In this document: positions 40,730 through 52,284 of the stretch, one piece after another
How positions within the stretch are numbered: the first letter of the stretch is position 1
Layout: the number at the start of each line of letters is the position of its first letter
DNA from: an uncultured Actinomycetes bacterium
GTDB lineage: Bacteria; Actinomycetota; Thermoleophilia; UBA2241
NCBI GenBank assembly: GCA_963767005.1
Contig: CAVYCN010000002.1
Coordinates: 64,001 to 128,000 of the forward strand
Reading direction: 5' to 3'
DNA length: 64,000 nt
The notes under the pieces: generated by a model
Database searches by the model: none
Seen by the model: only the letters and a program-made list of their open reading frames with translations
What the model was told of the DNA's origin: nothing
Translations under genes and position numbers: made by a program

Positions 40730-41230
40730 ATGGCTGAGGGTGTCGTGGCGGGGCCGGTGGACGGCGAGGGCACGCGCCTGCCCTTCAGCATCGAAGAGGT
40801 GCCCTGGGAGGAGTACGCACGCGGCGAGCGCTTCGGCACTCGCTTCCGGCAGCTCGGAGCGTTCGGCGGCTGTGCACACGTGGGCGTGTGCCTCGAAGAG
40901 ATCGCGCCGGGTCGCCAGAACTACGTCATGCACTATCACTTCCTCGAGGAGGAGCAGCTGCTCGTGCTCGAGGGCCGGCCGACGCTGCGCTTGGGCACGG
41001 CATCCTATCCGCTGCAGCCCGGTAGCTACGTGGTCTTTCCCGCTGGTCAGCAGGTCGGGCACGCGCTCGTCAACGAGACCAGCGAGCCGGTGCGGTACCT
41101 CATGATCGGTGAACGGAACCCGGCCGAGGTGACGGTCCACACCGACACCGCGCGAGTCGGCGTGCGCCTCACCGGCGAGGGCTATCGCAAAGAGGACGTC
41201 ATGGACTACTGGGAGGGCGAGCGCACCTGA
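40730..41230 (+). CDS. cupin domain protein
   Basis: HYH..EEE...VLEG and FPAG...GH.L.N cupin motifs. Confidence 0.87.
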   Translation: MAEGVVAGPVDGEGTRLPFSIEEVPWEEYARGERFGTRFRQLGAFGGCAHVGVCLEEIAPGRQNYVMHYHFLEEEQLLVLEGRPTLRLGTASYPLQPGSYVVFPAGQQVGHALVNETSEPVRYLMIGERNPAEVTVHTDTARVGVRLTGEGYRKEDVMDYWEGERT

Positions 41231-41477
41231 GACACGGGCGCCGGGCCGCCCGAGGCGAGCCGGCGAGCGGACGGCACAAGTGGGGCTGCCGGGCCGCCGA
41301 GAGGACGATTTCCCAGCGCTCGCCGCTTCGCAAGCAGAACATCTCCGTCCGCGATGCGGCGACCGTCGGAAGCCCCACGTGCCGGAGCAGCGGCCGCGCG
41401 CCGACGCGAGAGCTCGGGGACATCACGATGAGAACGACCCGCGCGCAGCGAGGCCGAAAGTTCCAACAACAGGGTTT

Positions 41478-41553
41478 TGGTGGAGGTAAGCGGGCTCGAA
41501 CCGCTGACCTTCTGGCTGCCAGCCAGACGCTCTCCCAGCTGAGCTATACCCCC
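41478..41553 (-). tRNA. tRNA-Ala (GGC)
   Basis: 76-nt cloverleaf GGGGGTATAGCTCAGCTGGGAGAGCG..CTGGCAG..GGTTCGAGCCC..CCACCA; G3:U70 Ala determinant; encoded CCA. Confidence 0.97.
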
Positions 41554-41854
41554 ACCGCGGGGTACGCCGGCCCGGGGGCCGGCGATCGTTGAGTATACCA
41601 TCGGGCCCTGGGCTCGCAACACGGCCGCCGTCAGGCGCGCCGCGACGTGCCCGCGACGTGGGCGGAGCGCGCCTCTCACGCGTGGCAGGCGCGCCCGCCC
41701 GGTATACTAGGCACGCGACGACGTCGCGCCGGCTCGACCGGCGACGACGACGTCGCTCGACGGACCAGGCGCCGGACAGAGAACGCCGTTGGCGTGCCTC
41801 GGACGTGCCCGAGGCACTGTTTCCCCGCATGGCGGCATGAAGGAACGAGGCAGC

Positions 41855-44350
<2,496 letters not shown>

Positions 44351-44486
44351 GCGTCGCCCGGCGCGCGGTCGTCCACTGCGCGCCGGCGAAACGCCAACCG
44401 TCTCGCGGCCGCGCGGTGCTGCGCCGCCCGCGCCGCCGCCGTAGCCTCCTGTTCGATCTCGTCGCTCGCTTGCCCGGAGGCTCGCC

Positions 44487-45110
44487 ATGGACATCTCGCG
44501 CCGTCAGGCCTACGTGTACGTCGCCCTCGCCGTGGTGGTCGCCGGGCTGGGTGCCCGGTATCTGCTGGCCTCGCACGCGAGCGCGTCGCCGGGCGGCCAG
44601 AGCGTGCTCGCCTTCGCCTCGTCGGCGCCGGCGGCCTCGCCGTCGGCTTCGAGCGCGGCCACGCCCGCCGAGATCGTCGTCTACGTGTGCGGCGCCGTCA
44701 GACGGCCCGGCGTCTACCACATGGCCACCGGCGCCCGCATCTCCGATCTCCTCGAAGCCGCCGGTGGGGCGGCGGCCAAGGCCGAGCTGCAGGCCGTCAA
44801 CCTGGCGGCGCGGCTCGCCGACGGCGAGCAGGTCGTGGTCCCCGCACAGGGGGCGTCGGTCGTCGCGGCGGCGTCGGCCGGCGCCGGCGACTCAAACGGC
44901 GGCGCCGCGGCCGCGACCGCGCCGGTGAACCTGAACACCGCCACGCTCGAGCAGCTCGACGCCCTGCCCGGAGTCGGTCCGGCGACCGCCCAGAAGATCA
45001 TCGACTACCGCACCGCGAACGGCGGCTTCAAGAGCGTCGACGACCTCAAGAACGTGTCGGGCATCGGCGACGCCAAGTTCGCCGACCTGCAGCCCCTGGT
45101 CACCGTCTAG
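44487..45110 (+). CDS. comEA: competence DNA-binding protein ComEA
   Basis: TM, SLBB (VYVCGAVRRPGVY), HhH (LDALPGVGPATAQKII, VSGIG). Confidence 0.93.
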   Translation: MDISRRQAYVYVALAVVVAGLGARYLLASHASASPGGQSVLAFASSAPAASPSASSAATPAEIVVYVCGAVRRPGVYHMATGARISDLLEAAGGAAAKAELQAVNLAARLADGEQVVVPAQGASVVAAASAGAGDSNGGAAAATAPVNLNTATLEQLDALPGVGPATAQKIIDYRTANGGFKSVDDLKNVSGIGDAKFADLQPLVTV

Positions 45111-45123
45111 CGCCGCCCCGCGC

Positions 45124-47604
45124 GTGCGCGCGCCGCCCGGCGTCCACCTGCTGCTCGCCGCCTACCTGGCGGGCCTCGTCGCGGCGCTCGCCTGGCGGCC
45201 GTCGGCCACCTGCGCGCTCGTGCTCGTCTGCCTGGCCGCGGTCTGGGCGCTGTGGCGCATCACCGCCTGGCGGCGGGTCGGGCCGGAGGCGGCCCGCGCG
45301 GCGACGCTCAACCAGGAGGGGCCGCTCGAAACGGCGACCCAGCGGTCGCCCGTCCTCGCTGGGGCGGGGGTCTGGCTGCGGGCCGCCGGGGTCGTGGCGC
45401 TCGCGCCGCTGTTCGTCGTTGCCGGCCTGAACGTCGGCGCCGCGCGGCTCGACGCGCAGGCGCGCAGCACGCTTGCGGGCTACGCCGGCCACCACGAGAC
45501 GCTGCGCGCGACGGCCCTCACGTTGCCCAAGGCAGGGACCGACGGCTTCACGCTCGACGTCGAGGTCACGGCGATCGACGGCCGCCGCGTGGCCGAGCGC
45601 GCTCCGCTCAACCTTGACCTCGGCACGGGGGCGGCGCCCGACTTCACCTCGCTCGGGCCGCTGGTCGAGGGCGCGCTGCTCGGCTTGCCCGCGGTGCGCG
45701 TCAAAACACCGCCGGCGCCCACGGCGGGCCAGTTCGACTACCGGCGCTACCTGGCGCGGCGCGGCGAGCACGTCGTGCTCGCCGCGCCGCTTGCCTCGCT
45801 GCGCCTCGTGGGCCGGCGCGGCGGCCTGGCCGGCCTCATCGACCGGCTGCGCCTCGCGGCCCGGCGCCACATCCGCACCGGCCTGCGCTCGCCGGTGCGC
45901 GAGGTGCTCGAGGCCATGGTGCTCGGCGACCAGCAGGCCGTGCCGGCCGCGCAGGTCACCGCCATGCAGCGCAGCGGCCTCATGCACATTCTCGCCGTGT
46001 CGGGCGAGAACGTCGTGCTGCTCTGCAGCATGGGCACGTTCGTGCTCACCCTGGCCGGCGTGCCGCGCCGCCTGCGCTCGATCGTCCTGATCCCGTTCGT
46101 CGTGCTCTACGTGATCGTCACCGGCGCCACGCCGTCGATCGTGCGGGCCGGGGTGTCGGGCGTCGTCGCCCTGCTTGCCGACCTCGCCTCGCGGCCCACC
46201 GACGGCTGGTTCCTGTGGCTCGTGCCGGCCGCCTTCATGCTGTCGCGCAGTCCCGCGGTGATCTTCGACGTGAGCTTCCAGCTCTCGTTCGCCGCGGTCG
46301 CCGGCCTGCTGCTGCTCGCGCGGCCGCTCACGCGCCTGCTGTCGTTTCTGCCGCGCGCCTGCGGCGAGCCGGCCGCGATCACCACGGCCGCGAGCCTGTC
46401 GACCGCGCCCGTCTCGATGGCGACCTTCGGCCAGACCTCGCTCGTCGCCGTGCCGGCCAACATCGCCGGCGGCTTCGTGCTCGGGCCGATCATGTTCCTC
46501 GGCATGCTCAGCGTGTTCGTGGGCTTCGTCTGGCCCGGCCTGTCGGCGCCGCTCGACGTGGTGGCCGGTCTGTTCACCGGCTATCTGCTCACGGTCGCCG
46601 CCTGGTTCGCGCGGCCCTCGTTCGCCGTCTACCGCTGGCACGGGCTCACCCTCGGTCTCGTGCTGGCGGCGCTCTGTGGCGCGGCGATCGCCGTCGTCGC
46701 GGCGCTCGCGCGCCGCGCCGGCGTGCCGCTCACGCGCTTTGCCGCCGCGCACCGCGCGCGCCTGGTCGCCGGCGCGCTCGCGCTGCTCGCCCTCGCCCTG
46801 GTGGTCGCGCCGGCGCCGGCCGCGGCACCGGCGCTGCCCACGCTCACCGTGCTGAGCGTAGGCGAGGGCGCCGCCGCCCTGCTGCAGGAGCCCGGCGGAC
46901 CCACCGTGCTGATCGACGCGGGGCCCAAGCCGCTCTGCACCTGCCTGCGGCGCCACGGCGTGCGGCGCATCGACCTGCTCGTGCTGTCGCACGGCCACGC
47001 CGACCACACCGCCGGCCTGTCTGACGTGCTCGGTCAGATCCCCGTGACCTGCGCGCTCGTGCCGCGGCCGGTCGTCGACTCGCCGGCCCTCGACCACGTC
47101 GTCGCCGAGCTGCGCGCCGCTCGCGTGCCGGTGCGCGTCTGCACCGCGCGCCTGTCGATCCCGATCCGCGGCGGCCGGCTCGCGGTCGTGCCGACCGGTC
47201 AGAGCGGCGGCACCGACAACCAGGACGAGAACGACTGCGCACTGGTCGTCGTCGTGACGCTCGACGGCGACAGCGTCCTGCTACCCGGCGACGCCGAAGC
47301 CGAGGCGCTCGAACCGCTCCGCCTGGGTCACATCGCCGTGGTCGAGCTGCCCCACCACGGCTCAGCCGGCGGTCTCGATGACCGCCTGATCGCCGAGCTC
47401 GGGCCCCGGCTCACGCTCGTGTCGGTCGGGCCTAACCACTTCGGTCACCCCACGCCACAGATGCTCGCGCTCGTGGCGGCCCACCACCTGCCGCTGCTGC
47501 GCACCGATCGCTGCGGCGACGTCACCTTCACGGCCGAGCCCGATGGGCTTGCCGTGTCGGTGGCGCGCGGCGTGTCGCCGCGCCCGCCGGCGCGGTCGCC
47601 GTGA
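45124..47604 (+). CDS. comEC: DNA internalization protein ComEC/Rec2
   Basis: FDYRRYL, HILAVSG, SIVRA, SFQLSF; metallo-beta-lactamase HGHADH and HHGS. Confidence 0.92.
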   Translation: MRAPPGVHLLLAAYLAGLVAALAWRPSATCALVLVCLAAVWALWRITAWRRVGPEAARAATLNQEGPLETATQRSPVLAGAGVWLRAAGVVALAPLFVVAGLNVGAARLDAQARSTLAGYAGHHETLRATALTLPKAGTDGFTLDVEVTAIDGRRVAERAPLNLDLGTGAAPDFTSLGPLVEGALLGLPAVRVKTPPAPTAGQFDYRRYLARRGEHVVLAAPLASLRLVGRRGGLAGLIDRLRLAARRHIRTGLRSPVREVLEAMVLGDQQAVPAAQVTAMQRSGLMHILAVSGENVVLLCSMGTFVLTLAGVPRRLRSIVLIPFVVLYVIVTGATPSIVRAGVSGVVALLADLASRPTDGWFLWLVPAAFMLSRSPAVIFDVSFQLSFAAVAGLLLLARPLTRLLSFLPRACGEPAAITTAASLSTAPVSMATFGQTSLVAVPANIAGGFVLGPIMFLGMLSVFVGFVWPGLSAPLDVVAGLFTGYLLTVAAWFARPSFAVYRWHGLTLGLVLAALCGAAIAVVAALARRAGVPLTRFAAAHRARLVAGALALLALALVVAPAPAAAPALPTLTVLSVGEGAAALLQEPGGPTVLIDAGPKPLCTCLRRHGVRRIDLLVLSHGHADHTAGLSDVLGQIPVTCALVPRPVVDSPALDHVVAELRAARVPVRVCTARLSIPIRGGRLAVVPTGQSGGTDNQDENDCALVVVVTLDGDSVLLPGDAEAEALEPLRLGHIAVVELPHHGSAGGLDDRLIAELGPRLTLVSVGPNHFGHPTPQMLALVAAHHLPLLRTDRCGDVTFTAEPDGLAVSVARGVSPRPPARSP

Positions 47605-47704
47605 GGGATATGGGGGCGGGGGCGGTCGGTGAACGTCGCATCTCACCGCGGGGCGATCAGGCCCGGGCCCCGCATGGGCGATCAGGGGAGCACCCCAGGT
47701 GGCG

Positions 47705-48472
47705 TCAGAGCTCGCGCCGGGCGAACGCCCAGACCGCGCCGGCCAGGAGCGCGACGCCGGCGAGCGCGGTGGTCACGACGGGCCAGAGAAGCGCCGCCGG
47801 CCGGCCGCGCAGGGCGGCGTCGTTGGCGGCCATCAGGCCGGCCGGGCTGTGGTCGCGGAGCACGGGGATGCCGGTGAAGAAGAGCAGGCCGATCCACAGG
47901 GCGATGCCGGCCCCGATCGCCTGCGCCTGGCCGCGCAAGGCGGCCGACAGCAGCACCATCAGCATCATGATCATGGCGGCGAAGACGAGCCACAGGGTGG
48001 TGGTCTCGACGAACGCCCCGATGCCCGCGCTGCCGAACAGCGCGACCGTCGCGACCACGCACACGGCGGCCGCCAGGACGGTCGCGCAGGCGAGCAGCGT
48101 GAGCTGGGCGCCCGCCTTGACGAGCACGAAGCCGGCGCGCGAGATCGGCTTGGTGAGGACGAGGACGGCGGTGCCGGCGCGGCGCTCGGCCGAGATCGTC
48201 GCGGCGCCAGCGATGATCACCGCCAGCGTCACGAGTTGCGCCAGGTTGCCCATGAACTGCTCGTAGGCGTCGCGCGCCGTCGGCGGCGGCACGTGGATCA
48301 CGATGCCGTGCTGCGAGCCGGTCGTCGCCTTGATGATCTCGGGCGTCAGCTTGGTGAGCACCGGCGACGTCAGGGCGACGAACAGCAGGATGCCGGGCAC
48401 GACCCACAGCCGCCAGGTCCTGAGGGTCTCGCGCCGCTCCTTGTCGGCGAAGGTGGCGAGCGGCCCCGTCAT
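47705..48472 (-). CDS. ABC-2 type permease (YxlG-like)
   Basis: KE.RETLRTWR, ISAERRAGT..LVLTKPISR..FVLVK; 6 TM. Confidence 0.85.
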   Translation of the reverse strand: MTGPLATFADKERRETLRTWRLWVVPGILLFVALTSPVLTKLTPEIIKATTGSQHGIVIHVPPPTARDAYEQFMGNLAQLVTLAVIIAGAATISAERRAGTAVLVLTKPISRAGFVLVKAGAQLTLLACATVLAAAVCVVATVALFGSAGIGAFVETTTLWLVFAAMIMMLMVLLSAALRGQAQAIGAGIALWIGLLFFTGIPVLRDHSPAGLMAANDAALRGRPAALLWPVVTTALAGVALLAGAVWAFARREL

Positions 48473-49560
48473 TGCCCGCCTCCGCCGGCAGCCGCCGGCC
48501 GCGTCTCTCCGATGAGCGCGACGAAGACCTCTTCGAGGCTGACCTCGTCGGCCTCGAGGCGGCGCAGCGCGAGGCCGCTCCCGGCCACGACCGCCGGCAG
48601 GGCGCGTTCGGCCGTGGGCAGGTCGGTCACGGTCAGGCGCAGGGTCCCGCCGCTGCGCTCGACGAAGGTCACCCAGGGGGCCTCGCGCAAGGCCCAGGCC
48701 AGTGCGGCGGGATCGTCGACTTCGACGAGCAGGCGCTGGCCGCGCCCGTGACGGCGCTTCAGGTCGTCGATCGTGGCCTGCTCGACCACGCGGCCGCGGT
48801 CGAGCACGGCGATCGTGTCGCAGACACGCTCGACGTCGGCCAGGATGTGCGTCGAGAAGAACACCGTCGTGCGACCGGCAAGGGCCGCGATCATGTCGAG
48901 GACCTCCTTGCGGCCGATCGGGTCGAGGGCGCTCGTCGGCTCGTCGAGCAGGAGGAGGCGCGGGGCGTTGATCAGTGCCTGGGCGACGCCCAGGCGCTGT
49001 TTCATGCCCCGCGAGTACGTGCCGATGCGGGCACCGACGCCGGCCAGGCCGGCCAGGTCGAGCAGGGCGGCTGCGCGCGTCCGCAGCGTCGCTTCGTCGA
49101 GGCCGAACAGGCCGCCGGCGAAGGTCAGGAACTCGGCCGCCGTCATCCACGGGTAGAAGCCCGGCACGTCCGGTAGAAAGCCGATCAGGGCGCGCACCTC
49201 GCTCGAGGCCGCGCGCACGTCGTGGCCCAGCACGACGGCGCTGCCGGCTGTGGGCCGGGCGAGGCCGCCCAGGATACGCAGCGTGGTGGTCTTGCCGGCG
49301 CCGTTCGGCCCGAGAAAGCCGAAGATCGAGCCCGCCGGCACGGTCAGTTCGACGCCGTCGAGCGCCATGGTGCGTCGGTAGCGCTTGGCGAGGCCGTGCA
49401 ACTCGACGGCCGGCGGAGTCGCGGCGGACGGCCGGTCGGCCGCGGCCGACCGGCCGTCCGCCGCGACGAGATCGCTCGCGGTCTGGCCCGGCGAGAGGTC
49501 GCCCCCAGGCTCGCGTGGTCCAGGGCTCATGCGCGGCGGCTCACGCGGTCCGAGGCTCAT
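48469..49560 (-). CDS. ABC transporter ATP-binding protein
   Basis: GPNGAGKTT, YSRGMKQR, LLDEPT, STH; alternative start at 49530. Confidence 0.93.
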   Translation of the reverse strand: MSLGPREPPRMSPGPREPGGDLSPGQTASDLVAADGRSAAADRPSAATPPAVELHGLAKRYRRTMALDGVELTVPAGSIFGFLGPNGAGKTTTLRILGGLARPTAGSAVVLGHDVRAASSEVRALIGFLPDVPGFYPWMTAAEFLTFAGGLFGLDEATLRTRAAALLDLAGLAGVGARIGTYSRGMKQRLGVAQALINAPRLLLLDEPTSALDPIGRKEVLDMIAALAGRTTVFFSTHILADVERVCDTIAVLDRGRVVEQATIDDLKRRHGRGQRLLVEVDDPAALAWALREAPWVTFVERSGGTLRLTVTDLPTAERALPAVVAGSGLALRRLEADEVSLEEVFVALIGETRPAAAGGGGQ

Positions 49561-49868
49561 CGCGGCGTCTCCGGCGGGCCGTAGAGCAGTTCGACGGCCC
49601 GCCGCGCCCGCTCGGCCGCCGGCACGTCGGCGGCGCCGGTGTCGTCGGGCAGGGGCGCGTCGATTCGTCCGACGGCGAGGTAGAGGAGCGGCCCGATCCA
49701 GTCGACGAGGACGATGACGATCGCCCAAAGCCAGCGGCGGTGAAGGCGTACCGCCTCGATCGGGCGTGTGAACAGGCTGACCAGGGCGGTGGCCATGAGG
49801 CCGAGGTTCACGAGACCGAGCGCGCCGAGGGCGATGAGCAGGCCGGCGCTCAGGTGGACGTTCGTCAC
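49557..49868 (-). CDS. PLDc_N-domain small membrane protein (YxlE-like)
   Basis: Two TM helices, [23 protein letters not shown]. Confidence 0.8.
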   Translation of the reverse strand: MTNVHLSAGLLIALGALGLVNLGLMATALVSLFTRPIEAVRLHRRWLWAIVIVLVDWIGPLLYLAVGRIDAPLPDDTGAADVPAAERARRAVELLYGPPETPR

Positions 49869-50485
49869 GGGGCGTCGCTCGGCAGCAGGAACAGGCCGGC
49901 GACCCGGCCGTCGGCGTTGAAGGAGACCCGCCCGACGCCGTCGCCGCGCTCGCAGTCGATCGGCACGTTCACGACGGTGTAGCCGCCGGCGACCGCGGCG
50001 GCCGGCGTGCCGAAGGCGACGAACGCGCCGACAGCGGCCTCGGCCTGGGCCAGGGCGGACTTGAAGACCTCGACCGAGGCGGCTTTGGTGACGCGCTCGT
50101 CGAAGGTCGCCCAGAGCTCGTCCCAGCGCTCGGCGAACAGCGCCTCGAGCACACGGATCGCCTTGGCGTCGGCATCCGGTATGGGTCCCAACTGCTCGTC
50201 TCCCGTGTCGGGGGTCTGCCCGGCGCCGAACCGCTGAAAGGCGGCCTGACGGGTGACGTTGAGCGCCTGCCCGATCTCGGCCCAGGTGCGACCTTCGCTG
50301 CGCGCCCGACGGACCAGGGCGCGCAGGGTGTCCTCGACGACGACGTCGAGCGTGCGCGTCGCGGCGATCGCGGCCATGAGCGACTGCTGCGGTGAGCCCT
50401 CGGCGGCGCGCAGGACCGAGGCCACCATCTCGGCGTTCGTGGTCAGCATCAGGCCCATGACCTCGCGCTCGCCGTCGCTCGTCAT
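49865..50485 (-). CDS. HTH + DUF3887-like domain protein
   Basis: [29 protein letters not shown]; C-terminal FD..V...G.F...[13 protein letters not shown]; RBS gaggag. Confidence 0.75.
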   Translation of the reverse strand: MTSDGEREVMGLMLTTNAEMVASVLRAAEGSPQQSLMAAIAATRTLDVVVEDTLRALVRRARSEGRTWAEIGQALNVTRQAAFQRFGAGQTPDTGDEQLGPIPDADAKAIRVLEALFAERWDELWATFDERVTKAASVEVFKSALAQAEAAVGAFVAFGTPAAAVAGGYTVVNVPIDCERGDGVGRVSFNADGRVAGLFLLPSDAP

Positions 50486-50507
50486 CGCCGTCTCTCCTCT
50501 CGTGGCC

Positions 50508-50552
50508 CTGTAAAGGAAACCTTTACAGATGCTGTAAAGCTACCCTTTACAG
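50508..50552. promoter_or_regulatory. two tandem 21-bp palindromic operators
   Basis: CTGTAAAGG-AAA-CCTTTACAG (50508-28) and CTGTAAAG-CTACC-CTTTACAG (50532-52). Confidence 0.8.
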
Positions 50553-50629
50553 ACGGGATGCGCAACATGCCGGCCGTGAAAGGCGTGGGGGGCCTCGCCG
50601 GCGGCGGGCCGTGCTATCCTTGCAGCCCG

Positions 50630-51631
50630 ATGGACGAGCCCGCCGACCTCAAGCCCGCCGACCTCAAGCCCGCTTACCTCATCTGCGGCAGCGACCAGCC
50701 CAAGGTGCGGCGCAGCGTGGCGCGGCTGCGCGGGCGGGTGTTCGACGAGACGGCGAGCGACCTCAACATCAGCCACTTCGACGGCCGCGAGCGCGGCGTG
50801 ACCGACGTCCTTCAGGCCGCCGACACGGCCACGTTCACGCTCGGCACCAGGCTACTGCTAGTGACCGCCGCCGACGCCTGGAAGGCGGCCGACCGCGACC
50901 GCGTCGCCGACTACCTGACCGACCCGGTGCCGGGCGTCTGCCTTGCCCTGGTCGGCGAGACGTTCCGCAAGACCGAGCGCCTGACGAAGCTGCTCGAGAA
51001 GGCCGGCCAGGTACTGCGCTACGACCTGCCCAAGCGCCACGCCGAGGTGGTCGAGTGGGTGCGCGCTCGGGCCCGGGCGCTGGGCGCGCGCCTGGGCTCC
51101 GCCGAGGCGCGCCACCTGGTCGCCCAGGTCGGCGCCGATCCCGACCTACTCGAGACCGAGCTCGCCAAGCTCGTCGCCTACGCCTTCGGTCGCCCGATCA
51201 GCGCCACCGACATCGACGCGGTCTGCTCGCCCACGCTCGACGCCCGCATCTACGAGCTCACCGACGCCGTGGGGCGGCGCGAGGCCGGCGCGGCCTTCCG
51301 CGTGCTCGAGGGGCTCTACGCGGCCGGCGGCAAGGGGGCGGGCGAGGTGGCGCGCTCCACCCTGTACTCGCTGGTGCGTTACGTCGGCCAGCTCGCGAGC
51401 GTCATGGACCTGCCGGCCGAGATGCCGCCGTCCGAGGTCGCCGCCACGCTCGGGGTGAAACCCTACACGGCGCAGAAGCTGCTCGAGCAGCGCGCCCGGT
51501 TCGACCGCCGCACCCTCGAGCGCGCCCTGGCGGCGCTCGCCGACGCCCAGGCCGCCATGGTCGGCGGCAGCGAGCTCACTCCCGAGTTCAGCCTCGAGCT
51601 CGCCTTAGGGCGCGTCCTCGCGCCTCGCTGA
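50630..51631 (+). CDS. holA: DNA polymerase III delta subunit
   Basis: PAYLICGSD, ELAKL, IYELTDA; canonical position between comEC and rpsT. Confidence 0.88.
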   Translation: MDEPADLKPADLKPAYLICGSDQPKVRRSVARLRGRVFDETASDLNISHFDGRERGVTDVLQAADTATFTLGTRLLLVTAADAWKAADRDRVADYLTDPVPGVCLALVGETFRKTERLTKLLEKAGQVLRYDLPKRHAEVVEWVRARARALGARLGSAEARHLVAQVGADPDLLETELAKLVAYAFGRPISATDIDAVCSPTLDARIYELTDAVGRREAGAAFRVLEGLYAAGGKGAGEVARSTLYSLVRYVGQLASVMDLPAEMPPSEVAATLGVKPYTAQKLLEQRARFDRRTLERALAALADAQAAMVGGSELTPEFSLELALGRVLAPR

Positions 51632-51692
51632 GCACCCGGCGCTCATGATCCTCGCGGCCCGCCGCACGTCGGCGCCCCGCGCTGTGCCCATG

Positions 51693-51721
51693 AGAAAGCC
51701 CGCGGCGTGCGCCGCGGGCTT
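51693..51721 (-). terminator. intrinsic terminator after rpsT (possibly bidirectional)
   Basis: aagcccgcggcg-tg-cgccgcgggctt hairpin with a tttct tail on the minus strand. Confidence 0.7.
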
Positions 51722-51749
51722 GAAGAGTGGGCGGGGAAGAGGTGTCGGG

Positions 51750-52016
51750 TCAGGCGCTGTGGCTGGTGACCATGCGCGCGAGCCGACTCTTCTTGCGGGC
51801 CGCGTTGTTGGCGTGGATGACGCCCTTGGCCGCTGCCTTGTCGATGTGCGACGTGAGCTTGGCGGCCACGGCCGCGGTGGCGGCCTGATCGTCGCCGGCC
51901 AGGCTGGTCTCGAGCTGGCGGAACAGGGTGCGGATGCTCGACTTGGCCTGACGGTTGCGCAGCCGCTGCTGGGCGGCGAGGCGCATGCGCTTCTTCTGCT
52001 GCTTGATGTTGGGCAC
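51750..52016 (-). CDS. rpsT: 30S ribosomal protein S20
   Basis: PNIKQQKKR..RLRNRQAKS..IDKAAAKGVIHANNAARKKSRL; GTG after RBS gaagga. Confidence 0.96.
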   Translation of the reverse strand: MPNIKQQKKRMRLAAQQRLRNRQAKSSIRTLFRQLETSLAGDDQAATAAVAAKLTSHIDKAAAKGVIHANNAARKKSRLARMVTSHSA

Positions 52017-52284
52017 GTCGGTCCTTCGTCGTCGTGACACGCATACGCCGGCTCGCTCCTCGCGGCCGGCGTGTGATGGTAGCACAGCCGCCGCGAACCC
52101 GGCAAGCACGGCGTCTGCTAGACTAGGCGCTCGCTGTTCTGCCCGGCCTCGCGCCCGGTCATGCGCGATGCGCCGCGGCCCGTGGCCGTCGCGCTCCGGC
52201 GCGAGGCTTGCGACGGCTTCTCCGCGACCCGAGCGCCGGCGCGCTCGCCGCAGGGCAGCGCGCCGGTCCGCCGAATGCTGACAC

